Assembly (NCBI RefSeq): GCF_009914755.1
Contig: NC_060926.1
Reading direction: 5' to 3' (one strand)
DNA: 64,000 nucleotides
Source: the human T2T-CHM13v2.0 reference genome, Homo sapiens
The translations under genes were made by a program, and so were the position numbers. Shown here in pieces: positions 61,233 through 64,000 of the stretch (the first letter of the stretch is position 1; every line of letters begins with the position of its first letter). The notes beneath the pieces are model-generated. The model saw only the letters and a list, made by a program, of their open reading frames with translations, was not told the DNA's origin and made no database searches.

Positions 61233-64000
61233 ATTATCTATGTATTTTTCATTTGTAAACATCTATACAGAAATGCCAAGTGTTTTTATCTTTGATTTCA
61301 GATATTTTAATTGTTTCACAGTTGAATTTCATAAACTTTCCTCATGGAAATCTGTTTTTCTCCTCAGCAACTTCTCGGTTTTTCCAGGCAAGCCTTTCTG
61401 TTCTTAATTACTGTAATTTTCAGAATGAGCTACTTTCTACATGTGCACATGTCTTTTAAATTAATATAATACAAAACTAAATCTGGAAAATTTTAGTTTT
61501 ACATTTTTTTGTTCATCTCCTAACCTATTTCCCTGAAGCAAAGTGACAGGTCTGTTCAGAATTTATAATTTAATTAAGATGAGATTGGGGAGGTAAGGAA
61601 GTACCACTTTCTCTTTTGCATTCATTTTTTAAGGATCTCAGGACATATGTTGATCTATTTTCTTTCTCTTCCTTGCAAATTAAAACAAAATGTTTTAAAA
61701 TAAATGTTTTAAAATAATAGTGAAATTGCAAGCTTTGCTGATTATAAAAATATATGCTCTATCTCATCTTGCCTTTTCTTCCCTGCTCTAATATGAACTT
61801 CACATTATCCCTTCAATTGCTCTTCTGTTTTTGCTCACGTTATCTCCTTTTTCTAAATTTTTCACTCCTCTGCTGATGTAAAACCTGCTTATTGTTTAAG
61901 AGCAACTCAAGTCCTACATCCTCCATGAAATTTTCACTGATTGCCCAGGTTATCCTTGATTTTACTCTATTGTGAACTCCTACAGCATTTGATGGCTGGT
62001 ACCACACAGTAACATTTGCCTCATTACAGGTTGGTATTGTTTAATGCTTTTAATGTGTATTTTTAATTTGTATTGTTTGCTGCTGTTTTCATTGCTGGGC
62101 TTGATTCGTTAGCCAGTTTTTTTTTTTACTGATTTGCACTCCTGGCTCTCTAAGTGCTGTAAATGTCCAGGATTAAGCTGTTTTATAATATACCAAAATT
62201 GGGAGTTCTCAAGTCATTTTTTTTATAAGAAAACACATATTTTTAGGTTTCATTCACTTATTCAAGATATATTAAATGCTTATTATGTTTCAAGATTAAA
62301 AATAAACACTATCTCAAGACACAAAGTTAATTTAGTTGCTATGTTTTGCTCAAGACGGTGTTATAAACTTGTAAGAAACAGTATTTTTGAAAATGTGCCA
62401 CAGTACCTTCTAAACTAGTAAATCTCAGTTAGTGGCCCTTTTGATGAGCAACTTTAGGACTTTCAAGATTTCTACTTTCTATCTAGAATAGTCATAGTCA
62501 TGAAGCCTTTTGTTTTATAATGATTATAAATACCTTCCCAGGGTCAGGTAACTATGACCAGCACTAGTTTAACACTGTCTTTTTCTTTTAGCAAAACAAC
62601 ACAAGGAACAATGGCACAGTAGCCTAGTAATACCTCTTTGCTATAAACATACACTCACTCCCATCCTCTCAGTCTCTTTGTTTCTCTGTTACTCTCCCTT
62701 AGCAGAAATTTTCCATTGGACTTCTAGTGCTTTGATGTATTATGATCAATGATGACTTGTGTTTTCTGACTCTGTTAGAGTCTCCATGGAATTAAAGATT
62801 ATATGCTTATTCAGCTTAATGTACTTGACCTTTTTGTATGATTGACACATCTAAATTTCTGTAGCAACTCAGTCATTATGCAACAGCTGTGTTATATTCA
62901 TTTCATGTAAAAAGCAAAAACAAAAGACATAGAGTTCTCTTCAAGAGTAGATACCTTGACCCCTTCCCTCCCAGCTAAATAAAGAATAGTTTATTAATAA
63001 CATTATTAATCAGTTTCCAAATGCGTCTCCTTTCCTCACCGCATTTTATAAACATTCAGTATACTGTGACCATAGTCACATCAAGAATCATTTCAATACT
63101 GATCCTTATTATATAATTAAAATATTCAATAATTCTGAGTCTGTTGAACATAATAATAGCCACACAACTTAAGTGTCAAACATCTAGGATTTGTTAGCAA
63201 GATTTGTGCTCAGAAAATAATATGTACAAACCTTTGATTTTCTTAATGATGAAACTGTATTTTGTCTGAATTGACATATGTGTCTTTAAGTTAGAGAGAA
63301 AAAACCTTGACATTTTTCTGTGACTTTTCCTTATCAACAGCTGTGTTCTACCTGCGTTTATTTTTCTCAGAATTCATTATGAATTCTGTATAGGCCTTCA
63401 GAAGGCCTATACAGGCTTTCTAACAGAGATTCTATAGGAAAAAGTTTTGGTTAACTGTTTGAAGTATTAGTTGAAGAAGGCATTCTAGATAAGGTTTTAC
63501 AAGACAGAAGAAAAGAATCAATTCATTTTTAGTTCTGAGCCTGAATTGTGGAAACTGTACTAACTGCAGATAAACTCTGAATAAATTCTAGTGTTCTCTG
63601 CTTATCTCAAAAAATCTTTTCTTTTAATGATACTGTTCCATGCTCACTAATGTTTTCAAAACATATTCATATCTAAATGGTTTTGTATTTTTATTAAATT
63701 TTGGATTTTTTGCATTACATAAAGTTAATTTTGTTGACCATTTTATGAATTTAAGAAATGTCCACTTGAAAGGACTCGCTCCTTTAATTAAATTTTTGGC
63801 CTTTATTTATAAAATAAAAATTATTCTTTATATGTTCTTGAAAAGTAAATCAGATTAGGATTAATAATTGTCAAGTCATTTTAGAACAATGACATCTATC
63901 ATTAAATTTCTTGAATTTTTTGCCTTCTCAACTGATAGCTATCCGGGTGAAAAATTCAATTATGGATATTGGAAAAATTGATGGTAATATTAATCTGGAA

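Noticed and set aside
35635-64000. SLC4A10 exon 3 (expected to begin ...HRTLFIGVHVP)
   Set aside because: Not found in the sequence or ORF track. It presumably lies beyond the window end.

Overview
This is AT-rich, repeat-dense primate (very probably human) genomic DNA. It contains one real coding exon: an 82-nt internal exon at 35553-35634 (+) encoding RNDEEAVVDRGGTRSILKTHFEKEDLE(G). I recognise this as the N-terminal region (exon 2) of SLC4A10/NCBE, so the window is the end of intron 1, exon 2 and most of intron 2. The rest is intronic and mostly transposon relics: nested and deleted L1s, six Alus (all in the first 30.2 kb), MIR/L2, MaLR LTRs, a MER57 provirus end with a tRNA-Leu PBS, ERVL gag/pol remnants and DNA transposons. 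Nearly all ORFs in the supplied track are repeat-derived or spurious. Family names come from recalled consensus sequences and need RepeatMasker/Dfam confirmation. The most unusual structures are: (1) an apparently unmutated pre-tRNA-Tyr(GTA) 5' fragment (putative leader, 5' exon, start of intron) inserted antisense into an old Alu's tail/TSD with its own 17-bp TSD; (2) a ~260-bp inverted duplication of a MIR/L1 junction with a 1-kb spacer; (3) a ~227-bp tandem repeat with palindromic linkers inside an L1; (4) a fold-back/AT-palindrome insertion; and (5) a tail-to-tail junction of two L1s truncated at the same point. I saw no evidence of a new protein-coding system.
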